Assembly (NCBI RefSeq): GCF_006345805.1
Contig: NC_043013.1
Coordinates: forward strand, 55,552,001-55,616,000
From: Octopus sinensis
Taxonomy: Eukaryota
Length of the DNA: 64,000 nt
Direction of reading: 5' to 3'
This document shows, in pieces, positions 63,801-64,000 of the stretch (its first letter is position 1; every line of letters begins with the position of its first letter). The translations under genes and the position numbers were made by a program. The notes under the pieces are model-generated. The model was not told where the DNA came from, did not search any database, and worked only from the letters and a program-made list of their open reading frames with translations.

Positions 63801-64000
63801 GTCAGATTGAATTTCAGAACATTCTGTAGAACAAATTTGCTACCATTGATATTTGTTGCATATAATTATTCACACTAACGGTTTTAGTGAACCACAGGTA
63901 TTTGGAAAATTCTTTCAACAGAAACACATCCTGGCAATGAGTGACAAGTTGTGTGAGGTTGAAAGAATTTTCCAGTTTTTGTAATACAGAAAACGATATT

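Overview
Strongly AT-rich, repeat-saturated eukaryotic DNA with no recognisable intact host gene. The SINE families, microsatellite load and TE mix are consistent with an octopus-type cephalopod intergenic or intronic region (inference, not checked against a database). Most ORF-track entries are translations of (TA)n, (CA)n, (AAT)n and (GAT)n microsatellites. The protein-coding signal I can support is all transposon-derived: a decayed CR1/L2-group LINE (APE endonuclease + RT, ~15.7-18.45 kb), several RTE LINE pieces, several R4/Dong-like restriction-endonuclease LINE 3' ends next to (AAT)n tracts, a young Penelope-like GIY-YIG element with ~735-bp inverted arms (25.5-27.8 kb), mariner/Tc1, hAT and Helitron relics, and many tRNA-derived SINEs and MITEs. 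The most interesting signals are RNA structures. (i) A family of type I hammerhead ribozyme motifs, including a U3-A8 core variant in the Penelope terminal repeat and in a separate ~357-bp retrozyme-like monomer at 34.15-34.68 kb. (ii) A LINE 3' tail shared with the commonest SINE, whose terminal hairpin shows compensatory base changes. (iii) A perfect 246-bp spacerless palindrome. All calls are by-eye pattern recognition, and most boundaries are approximate.
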